NCBI RefSeq assembly: GCF_900232105.1
Contig: NZ_LT934425.1
Coordinates: forward strand, 960,001 to 992,000
From: Candidatus Kuenenia stuttgartensis
GTDB lineage: Bacteria; Planctomycetota; Brocadiia; Brocadiales; Brocadiaceae
Length of the DNA: 32,000 bases
Direction of reading: 5' to 3'
Part shown: positions 9,999 to 19,373 of the stretch, piece by piece
How the letters are laid out: each line of letters begins with the position of its first letter
Position numbering within the stretch: the first letter of the stretch is position 1
The notes under the pieces: model-generated
Databases searched by the model: none
The model's input: the letters and a program-made list of their open reading frames with translations, nothing else
Told to the model about the DNA's origin: nothing
Translations under genes and position numbers: made by a program

Positions 9999-11054
9999 TT
10001 ATCCAAAGACACTAAATACTTCAGAAAGTCTTTTTGCAACGACCTCTGTGCTAAAGTTATTTATCACAACATCGCGGCCCCGCATTCCCATTTCGCGCCC
10101 GGCCATTCGATTCTCGTGCAAATACACAAGGGAATCGAACCAGTCGTCCTGTGATGTGACGCCAAACCCCACATTACCTTTTCCGAGAACCTCGGCGTTC
10201 ATGCCTACAGGGGAAACAACGACAGGAATTCCACACGCCATGTACTGAAGCATCTTGAAACTACACTTACCACGGGTCCATTCATTATCTGGCATAGGCA
10301 TAATGCCGACATCCATCTTTTGGATAGCGTCAACTTCACCGGCTTCTGACCAAGGGATGTACCGAATGCGATTTTGTAGCACTTCCGTAAGTATCGGGTA
10401 ACCGTCAGAAACAACAAGAAGCACCGCATTATCAACCCGCTTGAAAAAAGCGCTTAATACAAAAGAAATACCCTCAAGATAAGGCAGATTACCCCTGGTT
10501 CCAATCCATCCGATTACGAACTCGCCTTCATCTATCGATTCTATGGGAAAGAACCTTTCAACATCAACCGCTGTAGGCACTATGATCACATTCTTATTGA
10601 ACGAGGAAAACCAATCGGCAATGTACTGGTTTCCTGCAAGCACCGCGCTTGCATGAGCAGCAATTCTTGAGGTGCTTCGGGCCGCAGCCCCTGCACGGGT
10701 CAACCATATGGCATCATCAACATCAAAGACCAACGGTGAGCCAAGCATTCGTTCCAGCGTTAAATACCCAGGCAGCAACTCCCTTTGCAGCCATGTAGCA
10801 TGATGCCATCTAGTCTGATATACGGCGGGGGTTCTCATAGCAATCTTCATCCCTTGCCAGGTTGCAACTATCGGGAAGCGTGCGAATCTCGGCCATTGAC
10901 CGATATCGAACGGCACTCCTTTATAGACATTGATTTCTGGAAAATATTCTGAAACATTTATCCCGAGCTTTTGCAATTTCTGGATATTTTGACGAACTCT
11001 AAATCTTGCCCCCGGGATAAAACGGCCTTGAGTTAGCGCGGCGACACGAATCAT
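9999..11054 (-). CDS. Glycosyltransferase family 4
   Basis: 351 aa; VFDVDDAIWLTR...IGWIGTRGNLPYLEG...KCSFKMLQYMACGIPVVVSPVGMNAEV. Confidence 0.9.
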   Translation of the reverse strand: MIRVAALTQGRFIPGARFRVRQNIQKLQKLGINVSEYFPEINVYKGVPFDIGQWPRFARFPIVATWQGMKIAMRTPAVYQTRWHHATWLQRELLPGYLTLERMLGSPLVFDVDDAIWLTRAGAAARSTSRIAAHASAVLAGNQYIADWFSSFNKNVIIVPTAVDVERFFPIESIDEGEFVIGWIGTRGNLPYLEGISFVLSAFFKRVDNAVLLVVSDGYPILTEVLQNRIRYIPWSEAGEVDAIQKMDVGIMPMPDNEWTRGKCSFKMLQYMACGIPVVVSPVGMNAEVLGKGNVGFGVTSQDDWFDSLVYLHENRMAGREMGMRGRDVVINNFSTEVVAKRLSEVFSVFG

Positions 11055-12007
11055 GGATTAACCCTCGCCCAGATAGTCATGCGTCCGGTCTGACCAAATA
11101 CACTTAAAAACCAAGCCAGCGGATATAGCGCATATGACCACCTGCCAGCCCGTTCTGGAAAGCTGATAAGTTTTTGCCCCAGCCCGGCATAGCCCTTGCC
11201 TCGCAGCAGGTAACCGGTGCTGGCGATCAGGTTGCTCAACACTCGATGGTGGTGAATCTTCTCCATTGTCCAGCCGCCGGCCTGCAGAACCCGCCCCAGG
11301 GTTTCGGGTGTGAAATGATGAAGATGGTTGGGCAATTGCAGTGCATACCATTTCTCTTTGAACAGGCGAAACTCCAGCGATGCTGAGTTTGGCACGGATA
11401 GCACCAGCCATGCACCGGGCTTGGTCCATTCGCGTAGTTTCTTAAGGCCGCCGATGGGGTCGTGGAGGTGCTCCAGTACCATCCAGCCCACGACAAGGTC
11501 AAAAGGCTCATCAGGCTTCGGGGCAGTTTCCAGTGGCCCGGCATGAACGTGGTAGCCGTGCTGGGCTGCGGCCTGAGCAGCCTTCTCGGAAAACTCGATG
11601 CCCTCCACTTGCCAGCCTTGTCCCGCCATGTGGTGTAGGAACACGCCGGACGCACAGCCCACTTCCAGAAGTCGACCAGGGGCTAGTGGCGGCAAGGAGG
11701 CAACGTTGAAGTTGAAAAACCATTTGACCAAGGGCCTGAGCAACTTCTTGATGCTGGAAGCCTGCTTGGGCTTAGCCTGCTGCACCCGTGTGCCCAGGTA
11801 AGGGCCGTAGTCATCTGGGTAATAGAAGCCGATGCTGTCTGGACTTGGACGGGGGTTGGTGCGCATTAGGCCGCATTCAAAGCATTTGACGACGGCGAAT
11901 TCACCGGGAAGGTCGTGAAGCAGGTCGCGCCCAATGAGAACGATATTGTCGTTCCTCGGACAGCCCAAGGGGCAGGAGACATTCTCTATACAAGTCGAAT
12001 CAATCAT
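11051..12007 (-). CDS. Class I SAM-dependent methyltransferase
   Basis: 318 aa; GRLLEVGCASGVFLHHMAGQGWQVEGIEFSE...GWMVLEHLHDPIGGLKKLREWTKPG. It overlaps both neighbouring genes by 4 bp. Confidence 0.9.
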   Translation of the reverse strand: MIDSTCIENVSCPLGCPRNDNIVLIGRDLLHDLPGEFAVVKCFECGLMRTNPRPSPDSIGFYYPDDYGPYLGTRVQQAKPKQASSIKKLLRPLVKWFFNFNVASLPPLAPGRLLEVGCASGVFLHHMAGQGWQVEGIEFSEKAAQAAAQHGYHVHAGPLETAPKPDEPFDLVVGWMVLEHLHDPIGGLKKLREWTKPGAWLVLSVPNSASLEFRLFKEKWYALQLPNHLHHFTPETLGRVLQAGGWTMEKIHHHRVLSNLIASTGYLLRGKGYAGLGQKLISFPERAGRWSYALYPLAWFLSVFGQTGRMTIWARVNP

Positions 12008-12729
12008 TTTATAGCCTCACAAGCCCAGCCAAATGGTTCATCCTTCTTTTTATCGAACCTATCAAGCCACAAGAACATCACTTGCAGCAAGCGCATAATT
12101 CCTATCGCAACAATTTTGATAGGGAAAAGTGCAATTCCAATGACGTTTGGATTGTTGCTGCGAAGCCCTGTTGGCGGGAAAATTGTCAAACCCCGCGGTA
12201 ACTCGTATGCCCAACGTACCCAAAGACCTCCAAAATTGGTGATCTTGATTTCCTGGAATCCAGCGTGCTTGCAGATGGATTCAAGCCCATAGGAAGTATA
12301 TCTAAAAAAGTCATATGGGGTCTGATGTTCAGGATGAGCCATCGGTACCGTCATATATAGCTTTCCACTTGGCCTAAGGACGCGATACATTTCCTTGACG
12401 CTTTCCTGTGGCCATTCAAGATGTTCAAGCACTTGAGTACACAGCACCGCATCGAAGCTATCATCCTTGATAGGCATTTCATGTAAGGGAGCAACATAAT
12501 CAAGATTGGCATAATTCCAACGGCTCTCCCCCACGGCTAAATCAATCGCTTTATAGTTGCAATGAGAAAAGAGTTTTTTGTAAACACCTTCACCTGCTCC
12601 AGCATCCAATATAGAAGCGCCCTTTGGCAGACTCTTTGCTACGCTCTCTACGAAACGAGTCACATACCATCTACCTATATCCTGTATTTTACTTCTCGTT
12701 GAGAAGTCTTCATTCACAAGCATCAGCAT
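12004..12729 (-). CDS. Class I SAM-dependent methyltransferase (Methyltransf_11-like)
   Basis: 241 aa; ASILDAGAGEGVYKKLF...DAVLCTQVLEHLEWPQESVKEMYRVLRPSGKLYMTVP. Confidence 0.88.
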   Translation of the reverse strand: MLMLVNEDFSTRSKIQDIGRWYVTRFVESVAKSLPKGASILDAGAGEGVYKKLFSHCNYKAIDLAVGESRWNYANLDYVAPLHEMPIKDDSFDAVLCTQVLEHLEWPQESVKEMYRVLRPSGKLYMTVPMAHPEHQTPYDFFRYTSYGLESICKHAGFQEIKITNFGGLWVRWAYELPRGLTIFPPTGLRSNNPNVIGIALFPIKIVAIGIMRLLQVMFLWLDRFDKKKDEPFGWACEAIK

Positions 12730-12869
12730 TATCCTAATAATACGAAGGCAAATTATTTAAAGGGGCACACCCAAGCACCCCAATTGATTGCATTGAGCAC
12801 GATGTGGCTGTGGCATTGGTTATACATACGTCATTGTCATTACATGCTGGCGGTTTTTTCCGTAGGCTC

Positions 12870-13508
12870 CTATCGGGAGGGAGACTTGATACGGGTTTCC
12901 CGAATACGCCTATGATAATAATCAATCAGTGCATGGATATTCTCGGATAACAAGTAGGGTACAGCCTCACGGACGATTTCCTCAGGCCAGTCCCACCATG
13001 CCATCTCAATTAACTCGGCAATTATTTCTTCAGGGAAACGAAATCGAATATGTCTAGCTGGGTTGCCGCCAACAATTGAGTAAGGCGCAACATCTTTTGT
13101 TACCAGGGCCTTTGCCCCAATCACAACACCATTGCCAATAGTAACCCCTGATAAAATTAACGCTTCCCGTCCAATCCAAACATCATTTCCAATAATAACA
13201 TCACCTTTAGTGATAGGATGAGCTTTAATGGCCAACCATTCTCTGTAATATAGATTTAGTGGTGATGTAGTAGCCAAATCAGACCTATGCTCACCCCCGA
13301 GCATAATAACAACGTCGTCAGCAATAGAGGTATATTTCCCTATACTTAGGGATGCGCCGCTCCCAGGAAATAGTATTCTTGGTTTTCCATAACTCTTGTC
13401 TCCGATATTGAACCCAGCCAAATCTGGGTTTTCTTTCATCAGAAAGCGGTAAGGTCCCGGGCGCGAAAACCATTTTGTGCGTATACGCCACACCAATCTC
13501 TTAAACAT
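12870..13508 (-). CDS. CatB-related O-acetyltransferase (hexapeptide repeat)
   Basis: 212 aa; GDVIIGNDVWIGREALILSGVTIGNGVVIGAKALVTKDVAPYSIVGGNPA. Confidence 0.93.
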   Translation of the reverse strand: MFKRLVWRIRTKWFSRPGPYRFLMKENPDLAGFNIGDKSYGKPRILFPGSGASLSIGKYTSIADDVVIMLGGEHRSDLATTSPLNLYYREWLAIKAHPITKGDVIIGNDVWIGREALILSGVTIGNGVVIGAKALVTKDVAPYSIVGGNPARHIRFRFPEEIIAELIEMAWWDWPEEIVREAVPYLLSENIHALIDYYHRRIRETRIKSPSR

Positions 13509-14757
13509 ATTTTTTCTCAGAAATTTTCTTGGTCATCAAAGCCCACGATATTAAGAAATAAATACTTACACCCATGGCCAAGCCAAGAGCGCCCATAACA
13601 TAAAACATTAGAATCTTTATTACCACGCCCAGCGAATAGGCAACCATACCTACTGCTGTTGGTGATTTAGTATCACCCAGTGAATAAAACATGGATGTCA
13701 TTATCATACCCAGATTGCCAATTGCGAATTGCCCGGACATCAATAACATCATCAACCATAACAATTTCAAGTTCTGATTGGATAATTTGCCATATCCAGC
13801 TAATAGAGCGAGTAGGGGTTGACCGAACAGACCTAAAATCAATAGACCGGCGAGGCTGAACGCACCCACTTGCAGCAATTTCCGGTGATATATCCTCCGA
13901 AAGCCTGCCTTGTCCCCCGCCTTGTCGAGCCGACTGAGTGCTGGCACCAAGGGCGTCGAGATCGCCTTGTTGATAACTTGGCTGACAGCACCATAAATCT
14001 GTTGAGCGAGGTAATATAATGACAGGCTACCACTACCGGCAGAGGAAAGCAAAAAGCGGTCAACCAAGGGATCCGTCTTGTAGTAAGCCGTGCCCAGAAG
14101 TAGGGGTTTGATGCGCCGCCAGGCTTCTCTGATGGCCGGGCTTTTCAAGTCTGGACGAACCGGGCTACCCATACCGGGGGCGAGTAGCAAGGTTTGCAGT
14201 CCCATGCGCAGGGTGCTTATCCATGCAGCCGCAATCACACCGAAACGGGGAAGCGCCCAAACCAATAGCAGCAAGGCAAAGACACTTGCCAAAATCGGAG
14301 TAAATTCGGCCCACAAAAACTGCTGTCGTGCATGGTAAGCGGCCCATTGCACACCATTTATAGCAGTAAAGACCATGCCAACGAGTTGGATGCGGGTAAG
14401 CTCTACAGTCAATGCCTGCCCCGCTTCATCGAAGCCTGGCACGGTGAGCGGTACCCACCACGGGGCTGCCGCATAAAGCAGAAAGGCCAACAGCCCGAAC
14501 AAACCTCCGATAAGAGCAAGAAATCCCCATGCGTCATGCCGAATACGATCTTCGCTTTCTCCCGAAAGAAGCGGCACCAGTACATGCATAAGTGAACCAC
14601 TGATAACCGCAAGGACAAGCTGCGGCATCGCCATGCCGGCAAACAGGGCATCTGTGTAAGCACCAGGCCCCAGTTGCGTAAGCACATACCATTGAAAGAA
14701 AAACGAAAGACCAATGTTGGTGGCTGAAAGTATGCCGAGTTGAATAAATAGTTTCAC
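13501..14757 (-). CDS. Polysaccharide biosynthesis/flippase (Wzx or MurJ-like, MATE/MOP fold)
   Basis: 418 aa, multi-pass membrane protein; LGPGAYTDALFAGMAMPQLVLAVISGSLMHVLVPLLSGE and PLVDRFLLSSAGSGSLSLYYLAQQIYG. Confidence 0.85.
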   Translation of the reverse strand: MKLFIQLGILSATNIGLSFFFQWYVLTQLGPGAYTDALFAGMAMPQLVLAVISGSLMHVLVPLLSGESEDRIRHDAWGFLALIGGLFGLLAFLLYAAAPWWVPLTVPGFDEAGQALTVELTRIQLVGMVFTAINGVQWAAYHARQQFLWAEFTPILASVFALLLLVWALPRFGVIAAAWISTLRMGLQTLLLAPGMGSPVRPDLKSPAIREAWRRIKPLLLGTAYYKTDPLVDRFLLSSAGSGSLSLYYLAQQIYGAVSQVINKAISTPLVPALSRLDKAGDKAGFRRIYHRKLLQVGAFSLAGLLILGLFGQPLLALLAGYGKLSNQNLKLLWLMMLLMSGQFAIGNLGMIMTSMFYSLGDTKSPTAVGMVAYSLGVVIKILMFYVMGALGLAMGVSIYFLISWALMTKKISEKKYV

Positions 14758-14860
14758 GGTTTACATAACCTGAATTTGTTCATTAAAGATAGTCAGCACA
14801 CTAATTGTTGATACAATAAGCACTAGAAGTATTTGTAGAAGTACGTGAGGGTCTCATCTT

Positions 14861-14930
14861 AAATGTTAAGCAAATGTCCACGGTGACAAATAATATCCAA
14901 AATATGAAATAACAAATCCCAAATAAATCA
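14861..14930 (+). repeat. Dispersed AT-rich repeat, copy 1
   Basis: cttaaatgttaagcaaatgtccacggtgacaaataatatccaaaatatgaaata recurs nearly verbatim at about 23681-23740, with a related segment at about 17757-17830. Confidence 0.7.
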
Positions 14931-15189
14931 CAAAATCCAATTTTCAAAATTCCAATTTAATAATTAATAATTACTCATCGCAAAAAAGTTTTGCCACGAA
15001 GGCGCAAATAGTTTTCTTACCACAGATGAACCCCGTACGATAACCTTCGGTTCCCCACAGGGCAGGCACGAATGGATACGAATAAGCGCAACTATCAGTG
15101 CTTGTGTCAGTGTTCAGTGTTAGACAATAAGTTTTGAGTTGCTGTTTTAGCATTAATAAGGTTCGTCTTTAAATTAACTGTGGGTATTT

Positions 15190-15402
15190 CTACGCATAAA
15201 TAAGTCTTCCTTTTGGTTCTGGTATTTCTCTACCAAGGCTCTTTGCCGTTTCTATCCATTCTGAAATCGCAATCTTCACATTCCATATAGCATCTTCATA
15301 TGATACACCATCTGACATACAACCAGGTAACTCAGGAACTTATACAATATATAAATTATCTACGTCACTCCAATATATTATCATTTCATATTTATACATC
15401 AT
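15190..15402 (-). pseudogene. HicB-family antitoxin with a nonsense mutation
   Basis: In-frame reading MMYKYEMIIYWSDVDNLYIV*VPELPGCMSDGVSYEDAIWNVKIAISEWIETAKSLGREIPEPKGRLIYA*. The stop TAA lies at 15340-15342. Confidence 0.85.
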
Positions 15403-15563
15403 CAACCTCCTTATTAAGTTTATATTTTAGTATCAGGTTTCTTATCTGTTTTACTTGATATGCTTTAGCTTTTCCATAAAGTCAGCTTTCTTAAATCTTC
15501 AAATCTTATATTTTTATCCGATAATCCAGAAAGAATTTTATCAAGTACCTTTTTTTTATTCAT
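15392..15563 (-). pseudogene. HicA-family toxin with an out-of-frame internal deletion
   Basis: N-terminal frame MNKKKVLDKILSGLSDKNIRFEDLRKL; a second frame gives GKAKAYQVKQIRNLILKYKLNKEVDDV*. The central HicA segment is missing. Confidence 0.75.
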
Positions 15564-15582
15564 TTCATATTTTTATACAAAG

Positions 15583-15670
15583 ATGAAAACCAATAAAACC
15601 AGCCGCACCGGTAACCAATATCTTTCTCATATATTAATATTCCCTTTTATAACCGCCACAGGCGTACAGG
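15583..15670 (-). pseudogene. Duplicated 5' end and upstream region of the epimerase gene
   Basis: The minus strand from 15630 reads [17 protein letters not shown], and upstream sequence matches the region upstream of 17642. Confidence 0.8.
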
Positions 15671-15745
15671 GAGCATTCCCGATTTTTTGTAAAAATGTCA
15701 TTAGCAGGGGGGGAATAGTAACACAAGCATCCAGCTTGAGGGTAA

Positions 15746-15771
15746 AATACCACAAGCAGGGATGCTTGTGG
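15746..15771. repeat. Perfect 11-bp inverted repeat with a 4-nt loop
   Basis: TACCACAAGCA-GGGA-TGCTTGTGGTA. Confidence 0.8.
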
Positions 15772-16467
15772 TACAATGTACAATTAGTTAACCAAAAATC
15801 GGGAATGCTCCTGTTCAAACTATGTCCCCCGCTGGCGGGGGTGCAGGGGGTGGACTGGATTTCTCCACCGATTCAACTACTCCTTTATTATGAAAGCAAA
15901 TTTGCCCCTCTTTCCCATGCTCCGCAGACAATTCCACCCCCTTAATCCCCCGCCAGCGGGGGACAGGCTTGCCACATCCCTTGCAGCTTTCATGCACTTG
16001 TGGTGTTGATCCGGGTGCATTCCCGGTTTTTTGTGACTTCTGCCATGTTTTTAATGAAACGTACAGTAGTATTAACCCCTGGCAGCGTTGTTTTGCCCCA
16101 ATCACACAAACGGTTACAAAAAATCGGGAATGCTCCTGGCGTACACCATTTTTTCTTAGGGTTTCGGAATTGTGGGATTAATGGGGTCAAGTCTTGTCAG
16201 GTCGTCCGAGAATGCAATCGTAATCTTTAATGTATACTATATGTTGTCTAATATTAATATGATTGATCAATATGTAGTATAGTATTTGGTACTCAAGGCA
16301 ATTCGCGGACAACCTGTTGTTTCTTGACATTCCCCTTTTTGGAAAACAGAGACTCTTCCCATCTTCCTAACCCCTTCCAGATGCCCTTACATAATATGCC
16401 TCAAGATCCTTAAACCTTCAAATTCCGTATTTACTAATTGGTGTAAGTCAATAAAGTTATACTTTGT

Positions 16468-16642
16468 ACTACAATCCATCAACTTCTTGTTTTTTATGCT
16501 CGTTTTTCAAGCTGCACAAACGTAAGGCATTAATTAAATGATGCCTACGTAAAGTTTGGAGTATTGAGTTTTTGTCATTTGAAATTGTTTTGTATTTAGA
16601 TATTCGTATTTCGAATTTGGTTGCGGCCAAAGGCCGCGCCAA
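16468..16642. mobile_element. 175-bp non-autonomous (MITE-like) element, copy A
   Basis: actacaatccatcaacttcttg...ggttgcggccaaaggccgcgccaa, identical to copies at 17899 and 24828. It shares both ends with the 1700-bp element. Confidence 0.88.
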
Positions 16643-17642
16643 GATATTCCCTGTACCACCCCACAAACCTCTTAATCCCTTCTTCTATTGGAGTAGACGG
16701 TTTAAAATCAACATCTCGTACTAAATCGTCAATATCGGCATATGTTGCAGGAACGTCGCCTTGTTGCAGAGGTAAAAGATTTTTTACCGCCTTTTTACCA
16801 AGATAATCTTCAAGAACTTCAATAAAATGCATAAGCTCAACGGGATTATTATTTCCTATGTTATAAAGCTTATATGGCGCATAGCTCGTAGCAGCATCTG
16901 GTTTATCGCCATTCCATTCAGGATTTGGTTCCGGAGTTTTATCCATCACCCTGACTACACCCTCAATAATGTCTTCTATATAGGTAAAATCCCTCTGCAT
17001 CTTTCCATGATTAAACACATCTATTGGCCTTCCCTCTAATATTGCCTTTGTAAAGAGAAACAATGCCATGTCTGGCCTTCCCCATGGACCATATACAGTA
17101 AAGAATCTGAGCCCAGTACATGGAATCTTATACAGGCTTGAATAGGTATGAGCCATGAGTTCATTGGCTTTTTTAGTGGCGGCATAAAGGGAAACGGGAT
17201 GGTCAACGTTGTGATGGACGGAAAAGGGCATTTTTGTATTGGCTCCGTAAACAGAACTTGAAGAGGCATAGACAAGATGTTTCACTTTATTATGCCTGCA
17301 TCCTTCGAGGATATTCATAAATCCGTTGATATTGCTGTCTATGTAGGCATAAGGATTTGTCAAAGAATACCTCACCCCCGCCTGGGCAGCAAGATTTACA
17401 ACGATGTCAAATTTCTGGTTTGAAAAGAGCTTTGTGATTGCTTCTCTCTGTGCAATGTCCCCTTTTATAAACTTAAAATTTGTATGTCCTTCAAGCTGTT
17501 TCAAACGGGCATATTTAAGATTTACGTCGTAGTAATCATTGAGGTTATCTAATCCAATTACATCCTCTCCAAGTGCAATTAATCTTTTGGATAAGTGAAA
17601 ACCAATAAAACCAGCCGCCCCTGTAACCAATATTTTTCTCAT
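16596..17642 (-). CDS. NAD-dependent epimerase (UDP-glucuronate 4-epimerase-like)
   Basis: 348 aa; [66 protein letters not shown]. Its last 15 residues are encoded by MITE copy A. Confidence 0.92.
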   Translation of the reverse strand: MRKILVTGAAGFIGFHLSKRLIALGEDVIGLDNLNDYYDVNLKYARLKQLEGHTNFKFIKGDIAQREAITKLFSNQKFDIVVNLAAQAGVRYSLTNPYAYIDSNINGFMNILEGCRHNKVKHLVYASSSSVYGANTKMPFSVHHNVDHPVSLYAATKKANELMAHTYSSLYKIPCTGLRFFTVYGPWGRPDMALFLFTKAILEGRPIDVFNHGKMQRDFTYIEDIIEGVVRVMDKTPEPNPEWNGDKPDAATSYAPYKLYNIGNNNPVELMHFIEVLEDYLGKKAVKNLLPLQQGDVPATYADIDDLVRDVDFKPSTPIEEGIKRFVGWYREYLGAAFGRNQIRNTNI

Positions 17643-17898
17643 GTATCAATATTCTCCTTTATAACCGCCATAGCCGTACACCATCTCCACTCAGAAAAGG
17701 GGGGAAAGGAACATATTTGGGGCCAGACCTCGAATATAGAAAACAAAATTCAGCCCGCAATATCCAAAATATGAAATACCAAAACTCAAATAACAAATTT
17801 CAAATAATATTCAAAATCCAATTTTAATAATACAAGTTTTATTATTTTCACCTGCCAAAGTTATTTTTACTCAATATCTTTTATCAGTGCTTATTCGT

Positions 17899-18073
17899 AC
17901 TACAATCCATCAACTTCTTGTTTTTTATGCTCGTTTTTCAAGCTGCACAAACGTAAGGCATTAATTAAATGATGCCTACGTAAAGTTTGGAGTATTGAGT
18001 TTTTGTCATTTGAAATTGTTTTGTATTTAGATATTCGTATTTCGAATTTGGTTGCGGCCAAAGGCCGCGCCAA
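17899..18073. mobile_element. 175-bp non-autonomous (MITE-like) element, copy B
   Basis: Identical sequence to copies A and C. Confidence 0.88.
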
Positions 18074-19373
18074 GTATATCCGTGGCTAAATTTTACTACC
18101 CTTTTACGCTCTTTTTACCTTATCAGAATGATTCGTATGATTCTTAATTAAATTTCTCGTATCAACGATAAGTTTTGCATTTTTTAAGATAAATTCAGGG
18201 TCGTAATCCGAGTGCTCTGTTGCGATAAGAACGGCATCATATTTAGCAAGCGTCTCTGCATGTAAAGGAACGGAGCTATTATTAAATGTGTATTTCCTCA
18301 TTTTCGGGAGAACCGGTATATACGGGTCGTTATAGTCAACATGTGCATTTTTCTCCACAAGAAGCTCCATGATCTTCAGCGAGGGTGATTCACGGGTATC
18401 GTCTATATCCTTTTTATATGAAAGCCCCAGTATTAAAATCTTTGCGCCCTTAATGCTTTTCCCTTTCTCATTAAGCGCCTCAACAGTCTTTTGAACCACA
18501 TAATAGGGCATGTTGGTATTTATTTCCCCTGCAAGCTCTATAAACCGGGTGGAAAACTCATATTCCCTCGCCTTCCAGGTCAAATAAAAGGGATCGATAG
18601 GTATGCAATGTCCCCCAAGACCAGGGCCGGGATAAAATGCCTGAAATCCAAAGGGTTTTGTCTTTGCCGCCTCTATAACTTCCCAAACGTCAATCCCCAT
18701 CCTATCAAAGAGCATCTTCAGTTCGTTCACCAGCGCTATGTTCACAGATCTATAGATATTCTCAAGTAGTTTTGTGGCCTCCGCAACTCTTGTTGAAGAA
18801 ACCGGGACGGTCTTTACCACTACCGAATCATAAAGGGCTTGTGCAACGGTAAGACAATTATCCGTATAACCGCCAACCACTTTAGGGATTGTCCTTGTTG
18901 AAAAACCCTTATTATTCGGATCTTCCCGCTCCGGTGAAAACGCAAGATAAAAATCCTCACCAGCTTTTAACCCCGACTCCTCAAGTATGGGTCTCATGTC
19001 CTCATCCGTAGTCCCTGGATACGTAGTGGATTCAAGGACAATAAGCTGTCCCTTGCGAAGATTTCCGGCAATAGTCTTTGTTGTGTTAAAGACATATGAC
19101 ATATCAGGCTCACGGTATTTGTTCAGCGGCGTCGGAACACAGATGATGATACAGTCCATAGCTGATAACTTCGAGAAATCCGTGGTGGGGGTGAAACGCG
19201 ATCCGGCGTCCGTGATACGTGAACTATCAATATGTTTGATATAGCTTTTGCCCTGACTCAGTAATTTTACCTTTTCAGGGTCAATGTCGAAGCCTGTCAC
19301 CTGAAACCCTGCCTTGCAGAATTCAATGACCAGAGGCAATCCAACATAGCCGAGGCCGATAATGCCAATGTGT

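Noticed and set aside
11058-14714. Minus/plus strand shadow ORFs in the GC-richer part of the cluster (e.g. 11236..11655, 11598..11801, 14409..14714)
   Set aside because: They overlap strongly supported methyltransferase and flippase genes in other frames and look like codon-bias artefacts.
16147-16460. Additional protein-coding gene between the repeats and MITE A
   Set aside because: No ORF of useful length with recognisable features, only AT-rich intergenic sequence.
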